In this document: positions 12,253 through 24,088 of the stretch, piece by piece | Layout of the letters: the number at the start of each line of letters is the position of its first letter | Position numbering within the stretch: the first letter of the stretch is position 1 | DNA from: Vicugna vicugna | Lineage: Eukaryota | Assembly (NCBI GenBank): GCA_013265495.1 | Contig: MU058198.1 | Span: 4,042,419 to 4,106,418 of the forward strand | Direction of reading: 5' to 3' | Length of the DNA stretch: 64,000 bases | Translations under genes and position numbers: made by a program | The notes under the pieces: generated by a model | What the model saw: the letters and a program-made list of their open reading frames with translations, nothing else | Told to the model about the DNA's origin: nothing | Databases searched by the model: none

Positions 12253-13204
12253 AGAATATTTTGGTGGGGGAAAGGGCAGGGGAAAAATCAAGCATTCTAT
12301 CATCTGGGTCAAATGTTGAGTAAATTGAAGACAGAAAAATGTCTTTGAGCTGGTAACATGAAGGTAGCTGAAGACTTTGATGAGCAATTTTGGTGGTGCA
12401 GTGATAATGGAAACCAGATCGGAGTGGGTTACAGAGTGAATGAAGGTAAATAAACTGAAAGGATGCACAGAAGTCAGGTGGTTATTTAGAGATAGGTCAG
12501 TTTGGGGAACCCTCTTGATTTAATGTTTGCTTTAAAAAAAACAAAAACGGGAGCCTATGGATTATGCAAACTATTGGAGTGGTCCAGTTGAAAGGGAAAG
12601 AGGGGAGGAGGAACCAAAGTGTGTGTGAATGCATAGGAGATGTTAGATTTTTTTTTTTAATAGGAGAGAATAATGAGAAAAAAAAAAGATGGAGCAGATA
12701 CATGAAGGCTTGTAGATCTGGTGTTGAGAGGATGAAGAATTTCCTATCTGGCAACTTTTATTTTCTCCATGAAGTGTCAGGCAAGGTCATTAGCAGAGAG
12801 AAAGGAGATGAGAAGAGGGAGGAGGCGGCTGTATAAAATGGGCATCTTGGAGAGGGGGAGAGACGCATCCTGAAGAAAGAGGTACGGTTGCCGGGCAAAG
12901 CAGAGTGCCTATTGAGATCAGAGAGTGTGTTTAAGATTGTCTCATTTTCTCCAGTAACATTTAAGAGCTTGGGTTCAATTACCTGGAGATGGTGGAGTGC
13001 AAGTCAGGTTGAAGTTTCGCTAAACAAATTCCACAGAAGAGAAAAGGGCCAAGATGTTGAAGAGGTTTACAAGAGTATGATGGCCCAGGTGAGCCACAGA
13101 ATCCAGCTGGACCAGAAAGGGAATGGAGCCAAGAAGAAGTGATGGAGGATGAGTAAGCGGTAGGCTCAGTGGAACAGAGGTTATGACGAGGTAAAGACTG
13201 CATT

Positions 13205-13330
13205 CCTGGAGGTAGCCTGGCATCAGCATCCCTTGGGAGCTTGTTAGAAATAGGAACTATCAGTCACCAACCTCTATCTTTTGAATCCAGTCTGCATGTT
13301 AACAGTCCTCGGGTGATCTGTACGGAGTTG
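13205..13330. mobile_element. MER5A-type hAT-Charlie fragment
   Basis: 'gcatcagcatcccttgggagcttgttagaaat...tctgcatgttaacag'. Confidence 0.7.
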
Positions 13331-13469
13331 TCTTGGGCAAAATAAATGGTGCTATTCTGGGCAGAGTGAGAAAAGAATGAACCCCAAAATGTCTCACTCA
13401 CTTTATTCTTTTTCCCCTTTCAAAACAGATCTGGATTTAGCGGAAGTTCCTTTTTAAAAATTTTGCCCT

Positions 13470-14610
13470 GGTTTTTATTTTCGTTTCATTTTCATGATGC
13501 AAAACCTCAAATAACCTCTATTTTGACTTTTGTAATAAATTTTCTGCTGATTTTGTCACCTAGGCATGCATCCCTAACCGCTATATCAGTTTTTTCCCAA
13601 CTTTTTGAGTTGTATATAAATGTAATCAGTGACATTTCTTCTGTGACATTTATTTTGAGCAATATTTTGTTTTTAAGATTCATCCATGTTTATGTATGTA
13701 ACTGCAGTTCATTCATTTTTGCTGATGTAAAATAATCCACCATGCGAATGTGCTATGCATGTCTTGTATGTGTCTTGGGTACTTGAGCAAGAATTTTTCC
13801 AGGCTACCAACCTAGGAGTGGAAGCGCTGGATCATAGAGTATGCGTAAGTTCAACTTTACAAGAAAATGCCGAACTGTTGTCTGCAAGTTGATTTTGTTC
13901 GTTTCCAATCTTTACACCTTTTAATTTTTGTTGTCACTGCCTCATTGTGCCAGCTAAGGCTTCTAACGCAGTGTGACAGAAATGGTGAAAGCAGTGATCC
14001 TTGTCTCATTCTGATCTCAAAGGGAAGGTATTCAACATGACACAATTAAGTGACTGTTTTGTTTTGGTTTTTATTTAGTGGAAGGGGGCTTTTAGAGTTT
14101 CCTCTCTTATCAGATTATAAAAATTCCTATTTCTCTAAGTGAAGTAGGCCAGAAAGAGAAAGAAAAATACCATATGATATCACTCGTATGTGAAATCTAA
14201 AAAAAAAAAAAAAAAGGGAGTTCGAAATTTGTAGATACTGACAGGTATATTTAGAATAGATAAACAAGTTTATACTGCATAGCACAGGGAAATATATACA
14301 AGATCTTGTGGTAGCTCACGGTGGAAAAGAATGTGAAAATGAATATATGTGTATTCATGTGTGACTGAAAAATTGTGCTTTATGTTGGAAATTGACACAA
14401 CATCATAAACTGACTATAACTCAATAAAAAATTTTAAAAAAACCAAAAAGCCCCTCATAACTTAAAAAATTCCTATTTCTCCTTTGTGCAGAGATTTTTT
14501 TTAAAACTATGAATTATTTTTGCCTCTTATCAAGTACTTTTTCTGTATCTTTTGAAATGATAAAATGATTTTCCTACATTATTTTTCTAGTATTGTGAAT
14601 TATAATGATT
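13470..14610 (-). mobile_element. Old L1 (L1ME-like) hosting younger insertions
   Basis: 'ttaagattcatccatgtt', 'cctaggagtggaagcgctggatcatag', 'atccttgtctcattctgatctcaaagggaagg'. Confidence 0.7.
14136..14464 (+). mobile_element. Young L1 3' fragment with 17-bp TSD
   Basis: TSD aaaaattcctatttctc at 14119-14135 and 14465-14481; L1 3'UTR text 'aagtgaagtaggccagaaagagaaagaaaaataccatatg'. Confidence 0.92.
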
Positions 14611-14614
14611 AATT

Positions 14615-17511
14615 CTCCTTTCCCCAGCTTTACTGATACATTCTTGACATATAACATACATACATGTAAGGTATGCAATGTGATGATTTGATACACATAT
14701 GTAGTGTGAAATGATTACTGCATTAAGGTTAGTTAACACTTCCATTCTCTCACAGGTTCACCGTTTTATATGTGTGGCAATAACATTTAAGATCTACTCT
14801 CTTAACAGCTGTCAAGAATATAACGTATTGTTAAGTCTAGTTACCAGAACTTACTCATCTTATGGCTGGAACTTTGTACCCTTTGCACCAGCATCTCCGC
14901 CATTTCCCCCATGCCCCAGCCTCTGGCAACCACCATTCTACTATTTTTATGAGTTTGATTTTTTTTAAGATTCCACATGTAAGTGAGAACATACAGTATC
15001 TGTCTTTCTCTGTCTGACTGATTTCACTTCACATAATACCCTTGAGGTCCATCCATGTGTCATGTCACAAAAGGCAGGGTTTCCTTTTTTATGGCTGAAT
15101 AATTTTCTATTATACATAGACACACCACATTTGCTTCATTCATTCATTCACTCTTTGATGTACACTTAGGTTGTTTCCATGTCTTAGCTACTGTGAATAA
15201 TGCTGCAATGAACACGAGGGCACACATATTTCTTTGAGACCGTGATTTCATTTCTATTGGATAAATGCACAGAAGTGGGATTGCTGGATGATAAGATAGT
15301 TCTATTTTTGGTGTTTTGAGGAATCTCCATACTGTTTCCCATAGTGGTTCCACCAATTTACGGTCCCACCAACAGTGCCCCAGGATTTTCTTTTCTCCAT
15401 AGTCTCACCAACACTTGTTTCTCTTGTCTGTTTGGTCGGTTTTGATTTGCATTCCCCTCATGATTAGTGATGTTTTTGAGCATCTTTTCTTGTACCTGTT
15501 GGTCATTAATATGTCTTCTTTGGAAAAATGTCTATTCAAGTCCGTAGCCCATTTTTAAATCAGGTTATTAGTTATTTTGGTATTGAGTTGTACAAGTTCC
15601 TTGTATATTGGTTATTAACCTCTTATCAGATAAATGGTTAGCAAATATGTTCTCCCGTTCTGTATGTTGCCTTTTCGTTTTGCTGATTGCTGCTTTTGCT
15701 GTGCAGAAATTTTTAGTTTGATATGGTCCCACTTAATTGATTTTTGCTTTTGTTATCAAATCCTAAAAATTGTTGCTAAGACCAATGCCAAGGAGCTCTT
15801 CCCCTATGCTTTCTTCTAGTAGTTTTACAGTTTAGCGTTTTCTATTTAAATCTTTAATTCATCTCCAGATAATTTTTGTGGGTAGTATAAGATAGGGGTT
15901 CCATTTTATTATTTTGCATAAGAATATCCAGTTTTCCCAACACCGTGTTTTGAAGAGACTATCCTTTCTCCACTGAGCATCCATGGCTCCCTCGTCAAAT
16001 ATTAGTTGACTGTATACGTGTATATTTCTAGGCTTCCGATTCTGCCTCATTGATCTATGTGTCTGTTATTACGCCAGTACCGTGCTGTTTTATCACTATA
16101 GCTTTTTGTAACAAAGTTTGAAATCTGGAAGTGTGATGCCTCTGGGTTGGTTCTTCCTTCCCAGAATTGCTTTGGCTATTCACAGGGTCTTTGTGGTTCC
16201 ATGCAAATTTTAGGATTGCTGCTTCTGTTTTTGTGGAAAATGCATTGGGATTTTGATAGGGATTGCACTGAATCTATAAATGGCTTTGGGTAGTACGAAC
16301 GTTTTAACAACATTAATTCCTTTGATACATGAACTTAGGGCAGCTTTCCATTTGTGTGTGTCTTCTTCAATTTCTTCATCAATGCTGTATCTTCTGCAGT
16401 GTGCAGACCTTTCGCCTCCTTGGTTAAACTTATTCCTAAGTATTTTTTTATTTTTGATGCTATTGTAAATGGAATTGTTTTCTTTCCTTCTTTGTCAGGT
16501 GGTTTCTTGTTGGTGTATAGAAATGCAACTGATTTTTATGAATTGATTTTGTATCTGCAAATTTACTGAATTCATCGAATTGTTCTAACTTTTTTTTTTT
16601 TGGTGGAGTCGTTAGGATTTTCTAGATACAAGATTATATTATCTGCAAACAAAGACAGTTTTATTTCTGCCCTTCTGATTGGGATGCCTTGTGTTTCTTT
16701 TCTTGCCTAATTGTTTGGGCTGAGATCTCTAGGACTATGTTAAGTAGAAGTGTTGAGAGGGGGAACCCTTGTTTGGTTCTTAATCTTAGGAAAGTTTTCA
16801 ACCTTTTACTGTTGAATATGATATTAGCTGTAGGTTTGCCATATCTGACCTTTATTATGTTGAGTTACGTTCCTTCTATACCCAATTTGTTGTTGAGACT
16901 TTATCATGAACGGATGTTGAATTTTGTCAAGTACTTTTCCTGCATCTGTTGGGATGATCATAGGATTTTTATCTTTCTTTCTATTAATGTAGTGTATCAC
17001 ATTTATTGATTTGCATATGTTGAACCTCCTAGAATCCCAGAGGTAAATCCCACTTGATCATGTTATATGATTCTTTTAATGTGCTGTTGAATTCAGTTTG
17101 TGAGTATTTTGTTGAGAAAATTTGTATCTCTATTCATCAGTGAAGTGGCCCGTGTTTTTCTTTTCTTATAGCGTCCCGAACTGGCTTTGGTATCAGGGTA
17201 ATGCTAACCTCGTGAAACGAGTTTAGAGATGTTCTGTCCTCTTCAATTTCTGTGAAGAGTTTGAGAAGGATTGGTGTTAATTCTTCTTTCAATGTTTCCT
17301 AGAATTCATCAGGGAAACCATCTGGTCCTGGAGTTTTCTGTGTTGAGAGGTTTTTGATGACTGGTGCTTGGGTCTGGGGTGATGCGCCTGGGATCAGAAT
17401 CTGCACGGGTGAACCTGGATCCTGGGTCCACAGGAGCCAGCTAAGTCCTGGGGACCACTGGGGCGAGCCCAGCATCTGGATCTGTGGGGGCCAGCTGGTA
17501 CTTGTCCAGCG
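14615..17511 (-). mobile_element. L1 (L1MA-like): ORF2 RT-to-3'UTR joined to a GC-rich 5'UTR-like segment
   Basis: ORFs with L1 ORF2p motifs ([52 protein letters not shown]); degenerate flanks aatgattaatt 14604-14614 / aatgatcggtt 17512-17522. Confidence 0.9.
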
Positions 17512-18570
17512 AATGATCGGTTGACTTTTGGACATCAACACTAGTGTGAATGTTTTGGGTGAGGAAGGAAAATACTGGGCCTCCTATTTCTATTTCTTCC
17601 TTACCTCATTCCTTTGAGTTTCCGTTTCATGCATGTTTTGTAACATACTGAATGTTAATTCAATAATACATGCACATAAACTAGAAATAAACATACGCAT
17701 TTGTGGTGGTGCAGGTTCAATGTCTACTGCTGAAGTGAGTATTCAAGAGAGTCTGGAGATGGTTGCTCTAAACCTTTTACTTTCTCTTCAGAGAGAATAT
17801 AACTGATTAACTTAATAGCTTTCTTAACTACCAGCAGATCTAAAGCTATATTCTTGCCACCTTGACAGAGCTGTGTTTTCTAACTACCCATAAAATAATA
17901 TCACTACCATTTCTTGGAGACAGTGAATTTAGGGACTTCACCTATTATCATGGGTCCCAGAGACTAAATCGGATGGGGTAAAATACTCCCTGTGCCTCAT
18001 GAAATTAACTACTTGCTGTTACAGACACAGTAAGAATTCTGCTCTCTGATCACCTGAGAATAACATTTTAAGGTAAGGAATTGCCTATTCATTGAGGCAT
18101 AAGTCAATATCTGGAGTCGGCTAATGACAGACCAGGGAACAGTCAGGTACAATGTAGTAAATTATGTTCTGTCATCTTGTAATTCTTAATAACTCAGCTG
18201 TCACTCTAGACATTTCTGTGTCTTTGTCTGGAAGATGGAAAGAAATAAAATTCAGGCTAATATTACAGACAAGGCAAAAACCCGGGGTGTGGGTGGAAGG
18301 AAAGACTTCACAGAGAAGACTCTTAAATTGGGTGCTGAGGAGTGAGTGAAAGTTCACAAGGTGACACAGGGAAAACGGGGGGCATTCCAGACAGAAGGAA
18401 CAAGCCGGGCACGACACAGATGGAAGACCAATTTGCTGGGGAATGGAAAGTAATGTAGAAAGGCTGGGGCGTACGGAGGCTGCGTGTGCTTGTGAGAGAG
18501 CGCGCAGGAAGGGAAGGTTGACGAGGCAGAGTGGGGACCATATACTACAGTCCTTAAGAGTTAGCCAAGC

Positions 18571-18724
18571 GGGGAGGGTATAGCTCAGTGGTAGAGCACA
18601 TGCTTAGCGTGCCCGAGGTCCCAGGTTCAAGACCCACTACCTTCATTAAAAAAAAAAGTTAAATAAAAACCTAATTACCTCCCCCCTAAAAGAAGACTGA
18701 TTAAAAATGAAAAAAAATTTTAAA
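18571..18724 (+). mobile_element. tRNA-Ala-like SINE (Vic-1-like)
   Basis: Head GGGGAGGGTATAGCTCAGTGGTAGAG; perfect 15-bp TSD aagagttagccaagc at 18556-18570 and 18725-18739. Confidence 0.95.
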
Positions 18725-18739
18725 AAGAGTTAGCCAAGC

Positions 18740-18950
18740 CTGGGGTCAGATTCCTGCTCAGCCTCCTACTAGCTCTGTGATCTTGAGCAAGTCCTTCTCT
18801 AATATTAACAATTCCCCATCAGTAAATTCATAAACGCTGTACCTGCCTTCTCGGGTTAGTATGAGTTTGAAATAAGAGAATCCATTCGAAATGCTTAGAA
18901 TGGCACTTAATCACACAGCATCATTTAAGGTCTCAGTGACTAGAAAGTGT
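18740..18950 (+). mobile_element. MIR SINE
   Basis: 'ctactagctctgtgatcttgagcaagt...ccccatcagtaaa...aaatgcttagaatggcact'. Confidence 0.8.
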
Positions 18951-20271
18951 TGTTGTTATTATACTAATAACATATATTTGTGTGTGTGTGCGTGTGTGAT
19001 ACACACACATAACAACTGTTGTGGGGGTTTTTATGTACAACTGTTGTTTTACATGAATCAAGGGACTAGATTATGAAATGGCCTATATGCCATGTCATAG
19101 AGTTCAGACTTTTTCTATTAGGTCAGTATTTCTAAAACATGATCAATTAATCTGTAAAACAAATGGTCCTCAAGCAGCATCTATGACGAACTATGTGCTG
19201 AAGAATTTTATGAATCTGAAATGGAAGAAAATTATCAAATACCATTATGTTCTTAATAATGGTGCACGCATCTAGATGGCTCAGACTGGCCAGGCTCTTA
19301 AGATGTAGTTCAAGTCAGTTACTAGGACATAGTCTATTTTAGTTATGTCATTGGAGTATTATTGTTTACATGTGTAGAATTTGCGTTCTTTGTTGTTACT
19401 ATTGTGTTATGGCTCTGATTAACAAAACTAGATTAATGACTAAGAAACGGTTCGTTGAAGTGTAAGAGCCATGATAAAAATAGTCATGCAGACACTACGA
19501 TTCAGAAGCGTAATTAGCAGACAGGACTTCGGGATCTGCTGGGACATGAGCATCTGTGAACGTGATGATTTCACCCAAGCAGCTGAATGGGGGAAGTGCG
19601 AACGGGACGTGTGGCTGTGAATATCTTAAAACTGGATTTTACTGAACAAGGGACGTATCCCCGTCTCGTCTCCCACATGCCCTCTACTTGAAAACTCTGT
19701 CAGAGAGCTTCGTGGTGCTCTCAGAGAATTCACATCATTTCCAAAACAGAATAACCTCATAGGTCAACCAGCAGTTTCTCCTGGACCAGGCACCAAGTCA
19801 TCTTTCCTGGTATGAAACTGATTAATTTTATTTCTAAATGCAAAGAGGCCAAAACAACAGCGTCAACAGAGGCAGGTCGTACAGTGGTCAACATGCTTCT
19901 AAAACCAGCCTCAAATTCAGGACAAAGCAAATGCTGGGAGAGAAAGCAAAAGTGGCCGTAAGCAAACCTTGTATCAGGAGAGTATGCTGCCTAGCACGGA
20001 TGAGGCACAAAGGTGGTGGAACTGTTATTACTGTAATGGTGACAGCCAATACTTTGTTTTCCAGTTGAGCAAAACCACTAGTGGGAAAAGAACAAACCAG
20101 TTTTTGCATCTCTGTGGTGCCCATGTGAATGAGAAAGACATGCTTGATAATTTGGGGTTCTCTTTATCAATTAATCTAATACTATTTTTGCAAGACATGA
20201 CGCAGACAGGGAATATCCTTAAGGTAATGCTGATGGAGGACCAGCCATGAGTCTAGTGAAGAAAACTTTGG

Positions 20272-20980
20272 CATATCAGTATCTATTGCTGCATCATGCA
20301 AAACACTTGTGAAACCCAGTCACTTAAAAAAATAGGAATTTATTCATCTCCTGAGTCCACAGGCCAGTGGGGTGGTTCTTTCCATCTCAGCTAGGCTCAC
20401 CTGGGTGTCAGTGATTAGATGGTGGTGGGACCTACTCCATAATTTGGGGAGCTCAATGCAAAATTAAAATGCAGGGCCCTTTATTCAAAAATCATTAATT
20501 TCAAGGTGATATTAATGTCAAGCTGAACATTAAACCAAGCAAGGGGCCTTTCTTAGCACAGAACCCTGTGCGACTACAAAAGCCATGTGGCCATGAAGCC
20601 AGTCCAGGCTGTGGGTCGTGTAGGCAGCTCTCCTGCTCTCGGCTGGGTTCTTTCACGTGTTTGGGTGACAGCGTGGCTCGTCTGGGATGGACTTGCCTGG
20701 GACAACTGGGGCAACTCAACACTACTCTGCACGTCTCACCCTTCAGCAGACTAGCCCAGGCACATTCTTGTGGGGAAAACAGAGGAGCAAGAACCAGCAA
20801 GCCCAGATACACGGGCACTTTTCAGGTCTCTGCTTGGTCACATTTGCTGCCATCCCGTTGGGCCACAGCAAGTCCCATGGCCAACTCAGAGACAGAGTGG
20901 GAGGATGCTACAACACTGTGACAAAGGACATGGATACCAGGAGGGAGGAAGGGCTGGGGCCAGTTCTGCCATCCACTGCA
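20272..20980. mobile_element. MaLR LTR (MLT1 family), split by MER45A
   Basis: 'tatcagtatctattgctgcat', 'cagactagcccaggcacatt', 'ttgggccacagcaagtcccatggccaactcaga'. Confidence 0.75.
20426..20607 (-). mobile_element. MER45A-type hAT-Tip100 element
   Basis: 'tgcaaaattaaaatgcagggccctttattcaaaaat...cattaaaccaagc...ccctgtgcgact...ccatgaagccagtcc' matches recalled MER45A in reverse. Confidence 0.8.
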
Positions 20981-21246
20981 CTTGACTGCTCCGCAGTGGT
21001 TGTATCTGGGGGCTAAAATTGCACACTGCTTTATTCACTAAGAACAGTTATGCGTGCTGATCTCCTTTAAGCGTTGAAGGAGGAACGAAAATGGTTGGCA
21101 CAAGCCAGTCTCCATCACTGAGCATATGTCTTCCCACTGTGTTTCAGGAGGAGATGGGCAGCGTGCGCTAAAACTGCTTTTCCACGCGAGAGCACGCTGG
21201 CTGTCCAAGGGGGAGGTACTCCTGTGAATAATGGAAAGGAGGGAGG

Positions 21247-21344
21247 AGATAAGATTCCTTCATAACACTAATGATGCCGGGAGAAGCCAGAAGTGATAAA
21301 TCTGGTCGTTGTCGTCATTATCAGCGTGGTGAGGAACGTTATCT
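21247..21344. promoter_or_regulatory. Cluster of four WGATAR (GATA) motifs in unique sequence
   Basis: AGATAA 21247, TGATAA 21294, TTATCA 21318, TTATCT 21339; retained CpGs nearby. Confidence 0.35.
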
Positions 21345-22645
21345 CGCTGGTTTCAAGTGGTGTGTCAACACGCCACGGTCAGTGGCTTGCAAAGCTCAGC
21401 CCTCTCATTTCAGGCCCAACCTAATAGGATATTCAGGGCTGAGGATAAGATATCAGGAAATTGAACTGTGATGCAGGAGGCTTTGTCAGTCGGCACTGAC
21501 TCTTTCCTAACACTTGATTGTCTCCATTCTCTGGAGAAGGACATCAGTGACGTTTTATTGGGCAAATTTAAAAACCAGCCACAGTGCTAGAAATCACAGA
21601 GAAGGCCTTTCCAGAGCTGAGCCCAGACGAAAAAACATTAGCAATTCATTTGCAACTACCCTCCAACTTAAAACATCCAACTGTCCAGCCTTGGATAATG
21701 AGATAACGTTCTTGGACTTAGCTGCTTCGAAAAGTGGCCTTTAGTGAGAAACTTCACCACGTTTCTAGGTATATGTCCCATCCAAATATACACAAACCTC
21801 TGGAGGGCCACCGAGCATTTGCTGCTTTATCTAACAGCCTGCAATTCTTAGTGCTTTCTAATTTGGTAGCACAAAAATAAATGGAATCTGTCATTAATCC
21901 AAATATATATCTATGTATACACATACACATACACACATATATGTGCGTATTATATACCTTAATAATTGACTGCAAATAAGTGTCCCTTTTTTTTTTCGCT
22001 GATTTGGTATTTCTCACCATCCTACATTTGCTCTTTCAACTCTCTGTACCCAAATTCAGGATCTGAGTATATTCAAAAACTCTTTTACTAAAAAGATCTG
22101 ATATACTGCTCTATCCCAGCTCTTGCTACTTGTAATCCAAAATTCAGGCACCAAGGGTATACAGATTACACTGTATCCTTTGCCTCATGAACTTGATTTC
22201 CAAACTCAAACTCAGGAGATAAACAGGATTGGATAAAAAGGAATACTTGAATCTTACCTAATTTTTTTTTACTAATTTTTAACTTAATGTGTATTGATTT
22301 TATTATTTTTAAAATGTGTGAATGTTTACCTACAATTAGAGGTTGGTATATGCTCCAGACAGCCGATAAATAAGTGGTTATTAGATACTGAATATTTAAG
22401 AAACATTGCTTTCCTTTAGGGAATGAAGGATCATTAAAAGATGCAAAGATTTTTAATAGAGGGGGAAAATATAGTCAGGTTTGCATTTTCAGAAGATTAT
22501 CAGGTAGTAATATAGTGCTGAGTTTGGAAGGCAGCACATAAAACTTGATGCTGGCAGACTTGATTTTCATCTGCCTAAAAATATTTGAGTATCTACTGAC
22601 TGCCAGCAAGAGAGCTCAGATTTGGGGATAGGAAAATGAAAAGTT

Positions 22646-22799
22646 GGGGAGGGTATAGCTCAGTGGTAGAGCGCATGCCTAGCATGCACGAGGTCCTGGT
22701 TTCAATCCCCAATACCTCCATCAAAATAATAAATAAATAAGTAAACCTAATTACCTTCCTCTGCAAAAATTAAAATAAAAACAAACAAACGAAAATGCA
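22646..22799 (+). mobile_element. tRNA-Ala-like SINE (Vic-1-like) inside an L2 fragment
   Basis: GGGGAGGGTATAGCTCAGTGGTAGAGCGCATGCCTAGCATGCACGAGGTCCTGG; gaaaatgaa on both flanks. Confidence 0.93.
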
Positions 22800-23956
22800 G
22801 AAAATGAAGACTGCAATAGGCCTGTTGTCCTGGATCCAGCCCAGTGGAAGTGATCACTATTTAAACAGATTACACAATGATTAAATCATAGCTGTGCTGG
22901 TAAAGAGTCAGGAGTGGACCCAGACGCAGTATGGAGATGGAAACCCTTCCCAGAGAAAGATGAGACACAGAGGTGAGAGAAGAAGGAATGAAAAAATGAA
23001 TCCAGGTTCCCTGTTTAGAGCGTGAGGTCATTAACAAAATAAAGGAATTTAAGAGGAAGAGCCGATTTGCCATCTTTTGATAAGTTTTGGACATGATGAA
23101 TTTGAGCTGCCTCTCAGACACACAGGATAATTGTCCAGAAGGCAGGTGTGTAGATAAATGTGGAGAAAGAAATCTGAGCTGCAGGTACATATTTGCGGAT
23201 ACAGGATGGACCAGGAGCCGTGGATATTAACTCAGCTTGTCCACTGCCCTTAATAGCTTCCTCTCTGGCCACGGTCAAGGCCATAGGCAACCGTTTCTGC
23301 AGAGCAAGATGTTTGTTTCCAACCAGTTCCCATCTCTTAACCTCCACTTTGAACCTACCCACTTTGGTTTCACTTTCATTGTTTTCTGAGGCCTTGAATC
23401 TCTGTTTCCATGATGGAATTTTTAGTTTTTTTCTTATTCATTGCCCCACCTCCATTCACTCTACTTCTGTTAACAGCTGCTGGATTTCGTTTGAGGCACC
23501 TCTTCTCCCCAGAACCCTCATCCTATGTCGTTCTGGCAATATTGAGTCCGCCCCAAATTTGGGGCAGGGGTTGTGCAGGCCTGGCCAATCCCAAAGTCTC
23601 CTGTCATAGTGATTAGCTCAGGGTTACAGCAGAAACCCTGTGTATGATCACAGTAGAAGAAAAAAGTTGCCATGAAAGTTTCGCTGAGACTTCTGGCACA
23701 TACTCAAGGGTTCTTTCCCTCTTAATACAAACCTAAAACGATAAAGGGACAATATTTCTACAGCAGACCTGTAGCCACAAGGAATTTGAGACCAGAGCTA
23801 ATACTGAGCTAGGAAACCTGAGAAATGCAGAAAACTTGGATCTTGGTGATCTTGTTGAGTTCAGTCTTTTAGTTGGGGAATTTAACCCATTAACATCAAT
23901 TGTGATGAACGTCTCCTCCTGTTGAATTTGCTTATTTTAATTTTTATTCTTCAAGT

Positions 23957-24088
23957 ACAGTGGTTCTCAGATGCATGTGTGTGACCCCATCCCAGAGATT
24001 CTAATTTATGTGGTCTGGGGTGTGCTCTGGACATCAGCATTTTTTAAACCCTCCCCTTGTAGTCCATGCAGCCAGGTTGCAGAATCTC
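23957..24088. mobile_element. MER5A-type hAT-Charlie element (internally deleted)
   Basis: Starts cagtggttctca; 'cccagagattctaattt..tggtctgggg'. Confidence 0.75.

Larger units (their letters stand above)
10440..13200 (-). mobile_element. Fragmented L2 LINE(s) interrupted by an MLT1 LTR and a SINE
   Basis: Purine-rich L2 antisense text ('ctcatggagtttacaatccagtggga', 'tggtaacatgaaggtagctgaagactttgatgagcaattttggtgg'). Confidence 0.65.

Noticed and set aside
19508..19519. 12-mer GCGTAATTAGCA shared with 51468-51479
   Set aside because: On the order of 100 chance 12-mer pairs are expected in 64 kb, so it is not significant alone, although both copies lie in unique DNA.
19562..19586. Box C (GTGATGA) and box D (CTGA) snoRNA-like pair
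   Set aside because: Only 25 nt overall, with no terminal stem or room for a guide.
22646..22720. tRNA-Ala gene (here and at nine similar loci)
   Set aside because: The tRNA-like heads continue into a shared SINE body and A-rich tail, several have TSDs, and they are mutually diverged. They are SINEs.
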